Of a DNA stretch of 64,000 nt, positions 12,376 to 23,749 are shown piece by piece. The stretch's first letter is position 1; every line of letters starts with the position of its first letter. Where the stretch lies: positions 177,444,001 to 177,508,000 of the forward strand of contig NC_042998.1 of NCBI RefSeq assembly GCF_006345805.1, in the 5' to 3' direction. Below the pieces are notes generated by a model. The model was not told the origin of the DNA, ran no database searches, and was given only the letters and a program-made list of their open reading frames with translations. This stretch comes from Octopus sinensis (taxonomy: Eukaryota). The position numbers were made by a program, and so were the translations under genes.

Positions 12376-12576
12376 CTTTATTATATATGGCTGTTTGTTA
12401 TTATCATCCGAAGCTTTGTCATTGCTGTCTCCATTAGTAGCAGTAGTTTCCTGTGTATCTTCAGGATGTTCTTCTGGTGATAACTGTCCACTAAAAGAGT
12501 CCGATTCTGAGTAGTTAGACTGATCAATGTGACGGCTGCTTTCCACTTCCTTCCCTTCAGCAACATTGGCCGCCAT
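12376..12576 (-). CDS. First coding exon of unidentified gene (MAANVAEGKEV...KQPYIIK, 67 aa, acidic low-complexity N-terminus)
   Basis: ATG in AAGATGGCGGCC context; 201-nt open frame; strong donor AAG|gtaaga at 12375. Confidence 0.85.
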
Positions 12577-12579
12577 CTT
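12569..12579 (-). promoter_or_regulatory. YY1-type motif AAGATGGCGGC overlapping the start codon
   Basis: Exact GCCGCCATCTT on the plus strand; commonly found at starts of housekeeping genes. Confidence 0.55.
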
Positions 12580-12654
12580 AGAACGCTGCTGCCCCCTACT
12601 TTACACGCTGGCAAAACTCACTCTTTCGCTTTCCTCCCACTCCGCCCCTCGTAT

Positions 12655-13100
12655 TCGCCTTCACTCTTTCTCTTTCTCTTTTTCTCTCTCTCTCTCTTTC
12701 CCTTTACCTCTCTTTCTCTTTTTCTCTCTCTCTCTTTTCCTTTACCTCTCTTTCACCTCCTTGTTACTCACGAAGTAGATTTCCTCTATATTTCTTTTTC
12801 TCAGCTCTCTATCCACCCGCTTTCCTCTCTTTCTCCCTCTCTCTCTCTCTCTCCTTCAGTCACGTCTTTCCTTCTACGTATCTTTTCTTCCCCTCTCACT
12901 CTTTTATGTGTTTCTTTCTCTCATCTCTTTAATCGCTTCGACGCAATAGCTTTCGGAATTTCTCTTTCCCTTTCCAGATCTTGTCAGTTTTTCCGTCTTT
13001 TTTCCATCTATCTCTCAATATGACTCTCTCCTCCTTGTCTTCCTCTCTTTACCTGTTTCTGTACTCGTCTCTCCCTCTATATCTATATCTGTGTACGTGG
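12655..13100. repeat. Pyrimidine-rich (CT)n low-complexity tract upstream of the gene start
   Basis: Plus strand strongly C/T-rich with many ctctct runs. Confidence 0.8.
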
Positions 13101-13469
13101 ATATTGCTTAATTCTCGTCTCATTCAATGTCCACTTTCATTACCTTCTCCTTTCACTTTCTGTCAATTAAATTGCAAGTCATTCTTTTCTTTTTTTTTTC
13201 CTTCTAATCGCCCCTTATTTTTTGGGATTCTTTTTCTTAAGTTCAATATAATTCTCAACTTGCTCTTCTATTTTTCTTTCTATATTTCTGCTGTTAATTC
13301 TTTGCACATTTTAACCCTCCAGCTTTTATACTTATTTACTCTTTTTTTTTTCTCTTCCACACTTTTTTTTTTCATTAACATTATTTCTGTCTATCTTTCA
13401 TTAAGTCATTCACCACTCTCTCTTTGTCACATCTGGTTTGTTTACGTCTATTTATGAATTAAATACCAA

Positions 13470-13630
13470 TTTCTTTATTACCCACAAGGGGCTAAACATA
13501 GAGGGGACAAACAAGGACAGACATAGGTATTAAGTCGATTACATCGACTCCAGTGCGTAACTGGTACTTAATTTATCGACCCCGAAAGGATGAAAGGTAA
13601 AGTCGACCTCGGCGGAATTTGAACTCACAA
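13470..13630 (-). mobile_element. SINE family B, partial
   Basis: tttctttattacccacaaggggctaaac...gtcgacctcggcggaatttgaactc, same as 25022-25250. Confidence 0.8.
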
Positions 13631-14179
13631 TTATGAATTAAATACCAGTCGTGTACTGAACATGAATGAAATTGATTAAACTCCATCCCTCAAAATGTGG
13701 CCTTGTACCAATGTAAGAAATATATTTCTGACGTAGGTGCAAGGCCACAAGTAGGGATAGCAAGAATCGACTGGGTCGTCTTTTAGTACTGACCGGTACT
13801 TCTTTTAGCAACCTTGATAAATGAAACTTGACCTCAGTGGGATTTGAATTCAAGACATAAATTTGTTTGTTCCTTCTCGAGCCATGCCTGGCTCATTAGG
13901 GCTGGCTTCCCGGTTTCCTTGGCGTATACGTTCCTCACCTAGACGGGACGCCTGTCCGTCGCAAGTGAGCTGCAAGATGCAGGAGGAAAGGGTGAGAGAA
14001 AGTTGTGGCGAAAAAGTCAGCAGAAGTTCGCCATTACCTTCTGCCGGAGCTGCGTGGAGCTTAGATGTTTCGCTCATCGAACCCGCAATCCCTCGACTGC
14101 TTAGAAAAACTGAAGGACCGCTGCAATAAGTGAATGAATCTGAGATGGTGGGGGGTGTATATGCTGAATAAAATCATAA

Positions 14180-14500
14180 CTGATCCTCCTATATTTTCTT
14201 TTACCCAAAGCCGATAAGTTTTCAGTATCTCCTTGTATACAGTTTTTTCTACTGCTGCTAAAAGGGTTTCTACTCCTCAGAGCTGCTTGATCTTGTGCCA
14301 ACTCCTCACTGGTTCCCTCCGTTACTCATCTCTCTTCTTATCACCTATATTGAGTTCAATCCTATTTACAGGTCCTTTCCTAATCATTTCACCCATTCTT
14401 ATCTCTCTAGGACATCAAGTTTCTGGAATTCCCTCCTTGTCCTTTTCTTTACAGTTGTTCAAGAGGACAACCATATCAGTTTTACGAGACTTCAACAGTT
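14180..14500 (+). mobile_element. Old LINE 3' remnant (CR1/L2/Jockey-like)
   Basis: Translates in part HFTHSYLSRTSSFWNSL, resembling the SFF.RT...WNSL terminal motif of these ORF2 proteins. Confidence 0.45.
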
Positions 14501-16419
14501 TTCTATGACGATGGGCACAGCAAAAGAACCAAACCTTAAAAAAAAAATTCTCATTCCACTCAAAACTGGTAAATATTAAAATAACCAGACATAAGTTCCT
14601 GGCAAACTAATACTGCAGCATTCCAGTTACTGGCTGATACTAATTCACTTCCCATTACAAATGCTTTTTGGGGAATGAAAACTTGCGGCTTAGTGGGCCA
14701 AGTGGTGCATTCTCATCTTGAGCAAAATTCCTGGACCAAGTGGTTCATTCTCTTCCTGAGCAAAACACTTCAGCTGTAAAGAGTAATCCTGCTATAGTCT
14801 AGTATCCTTTTCAAGGAGAATCTTGTGATCTCAATCACTTTTATGCCATGGAAACTGAGAAACCAGGCACATGAGTCCTAGGCCTCAAGACAGTAATGTC
14901 TTAGGGACTTGCATTACTTTGTAATGCTTCACCAGTTATCACTTCTTTACAAATAAAGATGTTTTCTTTTCCACATTCTGTAAGAGGTCCACTAAGGACC
15001 AAGTTGAACTGTTATCAAACACCTATTGAAGGCTTGATATTTCGTACTTTGTCACTGTGGACACTGAATCCATCATAGGTACCAAACTACTGCCTGTAGT
15101 CTTTCATTAGCTTGCAGTTCTGAGTCAGCAGCCCAGCACAACATCTGCATCTATTGACAGACCGATGAGTGGCTGCTTGCAAAATTGACAAAGGGGTCAG
15201 TACATGGATTATCTCGTGTGTATAGTCTTTACTGTTGTTTTGTTCTTCTCACTCAACTAATTGATCCAAAGTAATAATTTATACATGTAGAAATTTCAGT
15301 TATTAATTTTTTTTTCCCAGGTACCTTGTAACTGGGATAGTAAAACAAAAAAAATAGTTAATAAAGGTTGTTATTGATATGATCAAGTAAAAAGTCAAGA
15401 TCAAATTCCTCTAATCTTTTTGCTGTCAGTGTGCACAGAAATTTGCTTGCATACAAATTTTGTCATTTTTTGTAAAGTATGTGTGTTCCATGTAAGTAAC
15501 CATGACTAAGATTTCTTTCATTAAAAAATTCCCTCTCATTTTGAAAACCTTTTGTGCACTTGTAAAATGTATACGCATGCACAAGCATACAACTTTGAGG
15601 GAACATTGATCTAAATCAACCATAAAGTTACTTTCCTTCACTTATACCAAAAACACATTTGTGCATTGTGTAGTGATAGAACTGATTGAGAGAGAGCCAT
15701 TGTATGGACAGTTGTAACATGACACAAACCCATGGAAAAACTTTATCACGTAATTACAAGCGAATGTAAAACTTGTTTATCACACAATGATTCCTCTTCA
15801 GTTGCAAACTGTATTAAGACATGGCACCCATCTACAACTAGATGACATGACAGATGACAGCAAGAGCTCTATACTGCAACAATGTACACTGTGCATTGCT
15901 GAAAGAAAATATTCAAGCCATTATCCCTTCAACTATTTTGGTGGTGACAGAATTGTTTGAAACAGGGTCATGAAGTGAACGAAACTATTGTAAGTCAGTC
16001 TGATTGGAGAACTTGTACTTAGTACAACAAGGTAATAAAATGCTTATTAATAACACAAAACATCTACTGCTTATAGCAATAGTTGTAGCAATAGTAGTTA
16101 TTTACAATCAATAAACACATAGGGCAGGTTTTATAATAATTTTGACTTTTATTACATGTAGCATTTAACAATATAAAAAGAAAAATAATAGAAAATGTTG
16201 TGACAAGGGAAAGTAAATTAGTCCATTGTTGCTGTACATGAACTAGAAATGTCAATTTAACTTCAAAATTATTTATTTACCCACACTAAAGAAATATGTC
16301 ACTATTTGGGTCTTGTTTTTCTTTCTTTATGTGTCTTATACAAAGTACAATATTAGTAATGTCTACTGGTTTACCTGTCAATCTGTTGCCATCTTTCCTA
16401 TTTGTGTGTGTGTGTGTGA

Positions 16420-16531
16420 ATATATACATATATATATATATATTATATACATATATCTATATATATATATATACTATACACATATATATATATATATATA
16501 TACCCAATATATATATATATATACACATATA

Positions 16532-16563
<32 letters not shown>

Positions 16564-16662
16564 ATATACACATATATATATATATATATACACATATATG
16601 TATATATATATACCACATATATATATATATATATCACATATATATATATATATATATAACAC

Positions 16663-16695
<33 letters not shown>

Positions 16696-16776
16696 TATAT
16701 ATATATACACATATATATATATATATATACACATATATATATATATATATAATACACATATAATATATATATACAC

Positions 16777-16851
<75 letters not shown>

Positions 16852-16927
16852 TATATATATAGATATATATATATATATATATATAATATACATATATATA
16901 TATAATACACATATATATATATATATA

Positions 16928-16964
<37 letters not shown>

Positions 16965-16992
16965 ACATATATATATATATATATATATACTA

Positions 16993-17028
<36 letters not shown>

Positions 17029-17031
17029 CAT

Positions 17032-17067
<36 letters not shown>

Positions 17068-17125
17068 CACATATATATATATATATATATATACCACATA
17101 TATATTATATATATACACATATATA

Positions 17126-17184
<59 letters not shown>

Positions 17185-17271
17185 CACATATATATATATA
17201 TATACACATATATATATATATATAATAATATACATATATATATTATATACACATATATATATATATAACAC

Positions 17272-17353
<82 letters not shown>

Positions 17354-17362
17354 CATATATAT

Positions 17363-17412
<50 letters not shown>

Positions 17413-17426
17413 TTATATATATATAT

Positions 17427-17468
<42 letters not shown>

Positions 17469-17520
17469 ATATATATATACATATTAATATATATATACAT
17501 AATATAATTAATAAATATTA
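16420..17520. repeat. ~1.1-kb (TA)n microsatellite with CA interruptions
   Basis: Direct reading; explains the spurious Ile/Tyr ORFs. Confidence 0.97.
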
Positions 17521-17683
17521 GGGAATAAATCCAAATTTACAGGAAAAAAATCAGATTTAGGATTAAATCGATTTTATAGTAAAATATTATAAAATATTAT
17601 TCGAGACAAAACCACTATTTTGCAAAACAAACAAGGAAAGACTTAATCAATACATAAATTTTAATAAATAGTCAAAAAAACCG

Positions 17684-17726
17684 CCACTACAATCGTTTCT
17701 TGTCTTGATCGACAATCTTCAGGTGG
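17684..17726 (-). ncRNA. Minimal type I hammerhead ribozyme motif (left arm)
   Basis: Minus strand reads CCAC-CTGAAGA-TTGTC-GATCAA-GACAA-GAAAC-GATT-GTA-GTGG. Confidence 0.7.
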
Positions 17727-19028
17727 ACTTCCAATCTAAAAAATCAATATTATAAAATAAAATAATAATTTTAAAATAATTAAAGTATGAATGAAAAAAT
17801 ATAAGTATATAATCCATATATAACCTATCTATAATCCATATATAATCAATATATAAACAATATATAAACTAAAAAAACCTATCAACAATTAAATATAAAA
17901 TATAAAATATAAAATATAAAATATAAAACAAAACAAAAAAAAATAATAATAATATAATATTAAACTATATATACACCCATACGCATATACCTAATTATAT
18001 ATAACCATATCTAACTACATACACTAAATCACACACCTATATATATATCCCTATACATACACATAAAAATGTCTAGGCAACTATAAATAAATAAAATAGC
18101 TAAATACTTCAACACAATACTTATTCATACTCCCACACACACACACTTACAACCCACATTCACGCTCTAGAAAATGGACATCACTCAAAACTATGAACGG
18201 AGAAATAGAATAAATGGAATTAAAAATTATATTCACTTGGTAAAACGAACACTACTTAAAAATTATGAATGAAACAATGCAATAAAACAACAGACATCGC
18301 AAATAGACACAAATTACTACAAATTCCTTATCAAACCTACCAAGATAACCAAAACTCATAAAAACATATAATGATAAAATCTCCCTTTACCAAACTCTAT
18401 AACAAACCTATATAGCAATCCCCCTAACCTAAACATTCACACACAAATACACACACGTAAAAACCACACACCCACGACATATACAAATACCCAACCACTT
18501 ACACATACCAATACATACATATAAACCTCAACAATACACTCCAAAAACCCACTCAACCCCACACAGACAAATAAACACAAAATTATGAATGGATTCTTTT
18601 ATAAAACTACCATGATAAGCTAAAACTCACAAAACAGAAATGATAAAACCTCCCTTTACTAAACACTAAAACATAACATATATATTTTTAAGTAGTGTTC
18701 GTTTTACCAAGTGAATATAATTTTTAATTCCATTTATTCTATTTCTCCGTTCATAGTTTTGAGTGATGTCCATTTTCTAGAGCGTGAATGTGGGTTGTAA
18801 GTGTGTGTGTGTGGGAGTATGAATAAGTATTGTGTTGAAGTATTTAGCTATTTTATTATTTATAGTTGCCTAGACATTTTTATGTTATGTATAGGGATAT
18901 ATATATAGGTGTGTGATTTAGTTGTATGTAGTTAGATATGGTTATATATAATTAGGTATATGCGTATGGTTATATATAGTTTATTTATATTGTTATTATT
19001 TTTTTTTTTGTTTTGTTTATATTTATTT

Positions 19029-20296
19029 GGTGTATATGTTGAGGCTTATATGTACTTATGGGTGTGTGTGAGTGGGGTGGGAGTTTGTTGTTATGGGTGT
19101 GTGGTTTATGAGTGGTTTTTGGTGTGTGAATGTATAGTTAAGAATTAAGTTCCTTGGTAAGTGTTTGGTGTATATGTTGAGGCTTATATGTACTTATGGG
19201 TGTGTGTGAGTGGGGTGGGAGTTTGGTATTTGTTATGGTTGTGTGGTTTATGTAGTGGTTTGTGTGTGAATGTATAGGTTAAAGGAATTAAGTTCCTTGG
19301 TAAAGTGTTTGGTGTATATGTTGAGGCTTATATGTACTTATGGGTGTGTGTGAGTGGGGTGGGAGTTTGTATTTGTTATGGGTGTGTGGTTTATGAGTGG
19401 TTTTGTGTGTGAATGTATAGGTTAAAGGAATTAAGTTCCTTGGTAAAGTGTTTGGTGTATATGTTGAGGCTTATATGTACTTATGGGTGTGTGTGAGTGG
19501 GGTGGGAGTTTGTATTTGTTATGGGTGTGTGGTTTATGAGTGGTTTTGTGTGTGAATGTATAGGTTAAAGGAATTAAGTTCCTTGGTAAAGTGTTTGGTG
19601 TATATGTTGAGGCTTATATGTACTTATGGGTGTGTGTGAGTGGGGTGGGAGTTTGTATTTGTTAGGGGGTGTGTGGTTTATGAGGGTTTTGTGTGTGAAT
19701 GTATAGGTTAAAGGAATTAAGTTTCTTGGTAAAGTGTTTGGTGTATATTGATGGCTTATATGTAATTAGGGGGGGTGTGTGTGGGTGGGGGAGAGGAGGT
19801 GTAGGTGTTAGGGGGTGTGGTGTTAGAGGGGTTGTGTGTGAATGTATAGGGAAAGGGAATTAAGTTAAGTCCTGGTAAAGTGTTTGGTGTATATGTTGAG
19901 GCTTATATGTACTTATGGGTGTGGGTGAGTGGGGTGGGAGTTTGTTATTTGTTTAGGGTGTGTGTGGTTTATGAGTGGTTTTGTGTGTGAATGTATAGGT
20001 TAAAGGAATTAAGTTCCTTGGTAAAGTGTTTGGTGTATATGTTGAGGCTTATATGTACTTATGGGTGTGTGTGAGTGGGGTGGGAGTTTGTATTTGTTAT
20101 GGGTGTGTGGTTTATGAGTGGTTTTGTGTGTGAATGTATAGGTTAAAGGAATTAAGTTCCTTGGTAAAGTGTTTGGTGTATATGTTGAGGCTTATATGTA
20201 CTTATGGGTGTGTGTGAGTGGGGTGGGAGTTTGTATTTGTTATGGGTGTGTGGTTTATGAGTGGTTTTGTGTGTGAATGTATAGGTTAAAGGAATT
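19029..20296 (+). repeat. Tandem array, ~8.9 copies of a 143-bp GT-rich unit
   Basis: Unit starts at 19029, 19167, 19311, 19454, 19597, 19740, 19886, 20032, 20175. Confidence 0.95.
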
Positions 20297-21251
20297 GCTA
20301 TATAAATATGTTTTAGTGTTTAGTAAAGGGAGGTTTTATCATTTCTGTTTTGTGAGTTTTAGCTTATCATGGTATTTTTATAAAAGAATCCATTCATAAT
20401 TTTTGTGTTTATTTGTCTGTGTGGGGTTGAGTGGGTTTTTGGAGTGTATGTTGAGGTTTATATGTATGTATTGGTATGTGTAAGTGGTGTGGGTATTTGT
20501 ATATGTCGTGGGTGTGTGGTTTACGTGTGTGTATTTGTGTGTGAATGTTTAGGTTAGGGGGATTGCTATATAGGTTTGTTATAGAGTTTGGTAAAGGGAG
20601 ATTTTATCATTATATGTTTTTTTTATGAGATTTGGTTATCTTGGTAGGTTTGATAAGGAATTTGTAGTAATTTGTGTCTATTTGCGATGTCTGTGTTTTA
20701 TTGCATTGTTTCATTCATAATTTTTAAGTAGTGTTCGTTTTACCAAGTGAATATAATTTTTAATTCCATTTATTCTATTTCTCCGTTCATATTTTTGAGT
20801 TTTGAGTGGTCCATTTTCTAGAGCGTGAATGTGGGTTGTATGTGTGTGTGTGTGGGAGTATGAATAAGTATTGTGTTGAAGTATTTAGCTATTTTATTTA
20901 TTTATAGTTGCCTAGACTTTTTATGTGTATGTATGGGATATATATAGGTGTGTGATTTAGTGTATGTAGTTAGATATGGTTATATTAATTAGGTATATGC
21001 GTATGGGTGTATATATAGTTTAATATTATATATTATTATTTTTTTGTTTTGTTTTATATTTTATTTTATATTTTATATTTTATATTTAATTGTTGATAGG
21101 TTTTTTTAGTTTATATATTGTTTATATATTGATTATATATGGATTATAGATAGGTTATATATGGATTATATACTTATATTTTTTCATTCATACTTTAATT
21201 ATTTTAAAATTATTATTTTATTTTATAATATTGATTTTTTAGATTGGAAGT

Positions 21252-21293
21252 CCACCTGAAGATTGTCGATCAAGACAGAAACGATTGTAGTGG
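21252..21293 (+). ncRNA. Minimal type I hammerhead ribozyme motif (right arm)
   Basis: CCAC-CTGAAGA-TTGTC-GATCAA-GACA-GAAAC-GATT-GTA-GTGG; one A shorter in stem II than the left copy. Confidence 0.65.
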
Positions 21294-21384
21294 CGGTTTT
21301 TTTGACTATTTATTAAAATTATGTATTGATTAAGTCTTTCCTTGTTTGTTTTCAAAATAGTGGTTTTGTCTCGAATAATATTTT

Positions 21385-21520
21385 ATATATATACATATAT
21401 ATATTATATATATATACATATATATATATTATATACAATATATATAATATATACCCATATATATATATATATTATATACATATATATATAATATAATATA
21501 TATACATAATATATATATAT

Positions 21521-21551
<31 letters not shown>

Positions 21552-21637
21552 CTAATATATATAAATTATATATATATATATAAATATAACTATATCTATA
21601 TATATATTATATCTATATATATATACTACATATATAT

Positions 21638-21688
<51 letters not shown>

Positions 21689-21727
21689 TATATATTATAT
21701 ATACATATATATATATATATATATTAT
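21385..21727. repeat. (TA)n microsatellite
   Basis: Direct reading. Confidence 0.95.
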
Positions 21728-22897
21728 ATATGTTAATAAAATAGAACATATGCATATATATAAACATATATGTACGTACCTACCTCTACATGTACATATA
21801 CATGCATATATGTGTACAGGACACCAAAAAGACGTCGAACACATAGAGAGACGAAAAACATAGACACAAACCAAGGAACAGGACAAGCAAAAAAGAAAAA
21901 AGAGATACAGGACAATAAGCACAACGAAAAATCCCCTTCTTCAGTCGCTAAGGTTTCATCTACTCTACGTTTCGAAGGATAAAAGCGAGACGTATACTTC
22001 GAAGAAACTTCCTTCCTGCGAAAAGCAAATCAATTAAAATTCTGAGATCTTTTCGCAGAGGGGTAAAAATGGTAAAAAAAGCAAGACGGTAACGACAGTA
22101 CAAACATATAAACAGTAAAAAAAAAAAAAAAATTATATATAAACAGTTGGAAAAATAAATATAAACAGTGAGAGACAGGACAAGGAGAACAAGATAAGAG
22201 GGCTGTTTACGCCAGACGAAAAAAGTAATGCAAACGCTGGATTATAGTGGACGACGAGAGAGAAAGAATGTCGACCAGTGCCTTAGAAGGCGGGCGAGAA
22301 AAGACAGGATAGCAGTTACGACGGAAGTATCGTCACAGATGGACGACGGGAATGGGGGAGGAGGAGCAAGAGGAAGAGAGAGAAGAAGGGGAATGGTGCG
22401 AGGAGACCATGAAGAATGGTGAGGGGGAGAGAGAGAATGAAGAATGAGAGAGAGAGGAAGAGACAAGTTAAGTGAGGGAAAAGGACGAAAAAGGGAATGG
22501 GAGAGAAAGAAAGAAAGATGCAGAGTCGCGTGAGAGTTAATATCAAGGCTAACTTGATAAACAGAACAATCTTACTTAATAGGGTGCGTGCGTTTAGTCG
22601 TATAATATGTTAATAAAATAGAACATATGCATATATATAAACATATATGTACGTACCTACCTCTACATGTACATATACACGCATATATGTGTACAGGACA
22701 CCAAAAAGACGTCGAACACATAGAGAGACGAAAAACATAGACACAAACCAAGGAACAGGACAAGCAAAAAAGAAAAAAAGAGATACAGGACAATAAGCAC
22801 AACGAAAAAATCCCCTTCTTCAGTCGCTAAGGTTTCATCTACTCTACGTTTCGAAGGATAAAAGCGAGACGTATACTTCGAAGAAACTTCCTTCCTG
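21728..22897. mobile_element. Element with ~292-bp direct terminal repeats (21728-22018, 22605-22897) and a purine-rich core, embedded in (TA)n; Penelope pseudo-LTR-like
   Basis: Near-identical direct repeats; no TG...CA ends; no ORF. Confidence 0.55.
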
Positions 22898-22934
<37 letters not shown>

Positions 22935-22944
22935 AGTGGAGGCG

Positions 22945-23202
22945 CAATGGCCCAGTGGTTAGGGCAGAGGACTCGCGGTTGTAGGATTGCAGTTTCGATT
23001 CTCAGACCGGGCGTTGTGAGTGTTTATTGTCAAGGCTCCGGCAGTGGGTGGTGGCGATCCCTGCTGTACTCTTTCGCCACAACTTTCTCTCACTCTTTCT
23101 GCTCGCTTAGCCAGCGGGGTGGTGTCATTTGAAGGCTAAAACAATGTAAAGCGCATTGTGACCAGCGATGTGTAGCAACATCTGATAGCCTGGTCGGTCA
23201 CG

Positions 23203-23210
<8 letters not shown>
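22945..23210 (+). mobile_element. tRNA-derived SINE (family D)
   Basis: A-box TGGCCCAGTGG, B-box-like GTTTCGATTCT, TA tail; 3' part recurs inverted at 52143-52265. Confidence 0.75.
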
Positions 23211-23246
<36 letters not shown>

Positions 23247-23749
23247 CACACACATATATATATATATAAATATATATAAGGATTTTTTTAAAGTGATTAA
23301 CTCATCATCATTATCATCATTTAGCGTTTGTTTTCCGTGCTACCGTGGGTTGGAGGGTTTGACCAGAGCTAGCAAGCCAGAGAGCTGTACCATGCTCCAC
23401 TTGTCTGTTTTGGCATAGTTTCTATGGCTGGACACCCTTCCTAATACCAACCACTTTACAGAGTGTCCTGCTTGTGTTATATGTAGCACCAGCACAGGCT
23501 CTTGTTTACACAGCACTAGCACAGGTGCTTTTTATGTGGCACCAGCACCAGTAGGGCCACCAAGTAACTTGCAAGACAAAATACCTCTTAGGTGAGAGAA
23601 GGAGTGAAACTGAGGGAAGTATCTGAGTGGAGGAGAAGGGCCTGCAGCAGGTGTTGGGAAGATGGGAGAATTTTGACAGAGGTCAGGTAATGTGTGTGGA
23701 GGGCACATTACAGTAAGGTCATGCATGTATACATGAATGGCCACAATTT

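Larger units (their letters stand above)
17588..21386. repeat. Large fold-back: inverted arms ~17588-18682 and ~20297-21386, plus an extra inverted partial copy at 18684-19025
   Basis: Arms are reverse complements with mostly homopolymer differences; CA-rich left arm, GT-rich right arm; (TA)n on both flanks. Confidence 0.9.

Noticed and set aside
12529-13457. Hydrophobic 158-164 aa ORFs on the plus strand
   Set aside because: Products of CT-rich low complexity; no domain features
16443-17521. Long Ile/Tyr-rich ORFs up to 307 aa
   Set aside because: Translation artefacts of the (TA)n microsatellite
19029-20296. CRISPR-like array
   Set aside because: Contiguous near-identical 143-bp units with no unique spacers, no cas genes, eukaryotic context
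17900-21100. Mitochondrial control-region NUMT, suggested by strong CA/GT skew and tandem repeats
   Set aside because: No mitochondrial tRNA, rRNA or protein sequence recognisable; arms end in hammerhead-bearing Penelope-type termini
21930-22018. Hammerhead within the 292-bp direct repeats
   Set aside because: CTGAAGA and GAAAC are in the wrong order for the available stems and stem I does not pair, even in permuted form
22945-23020. tRNA genes here and at 10116, 48666, 61423, 61787
   Set aside because: A/B boxes are present but there is no full cloverleaf, and they continue into repeated SINE bodies
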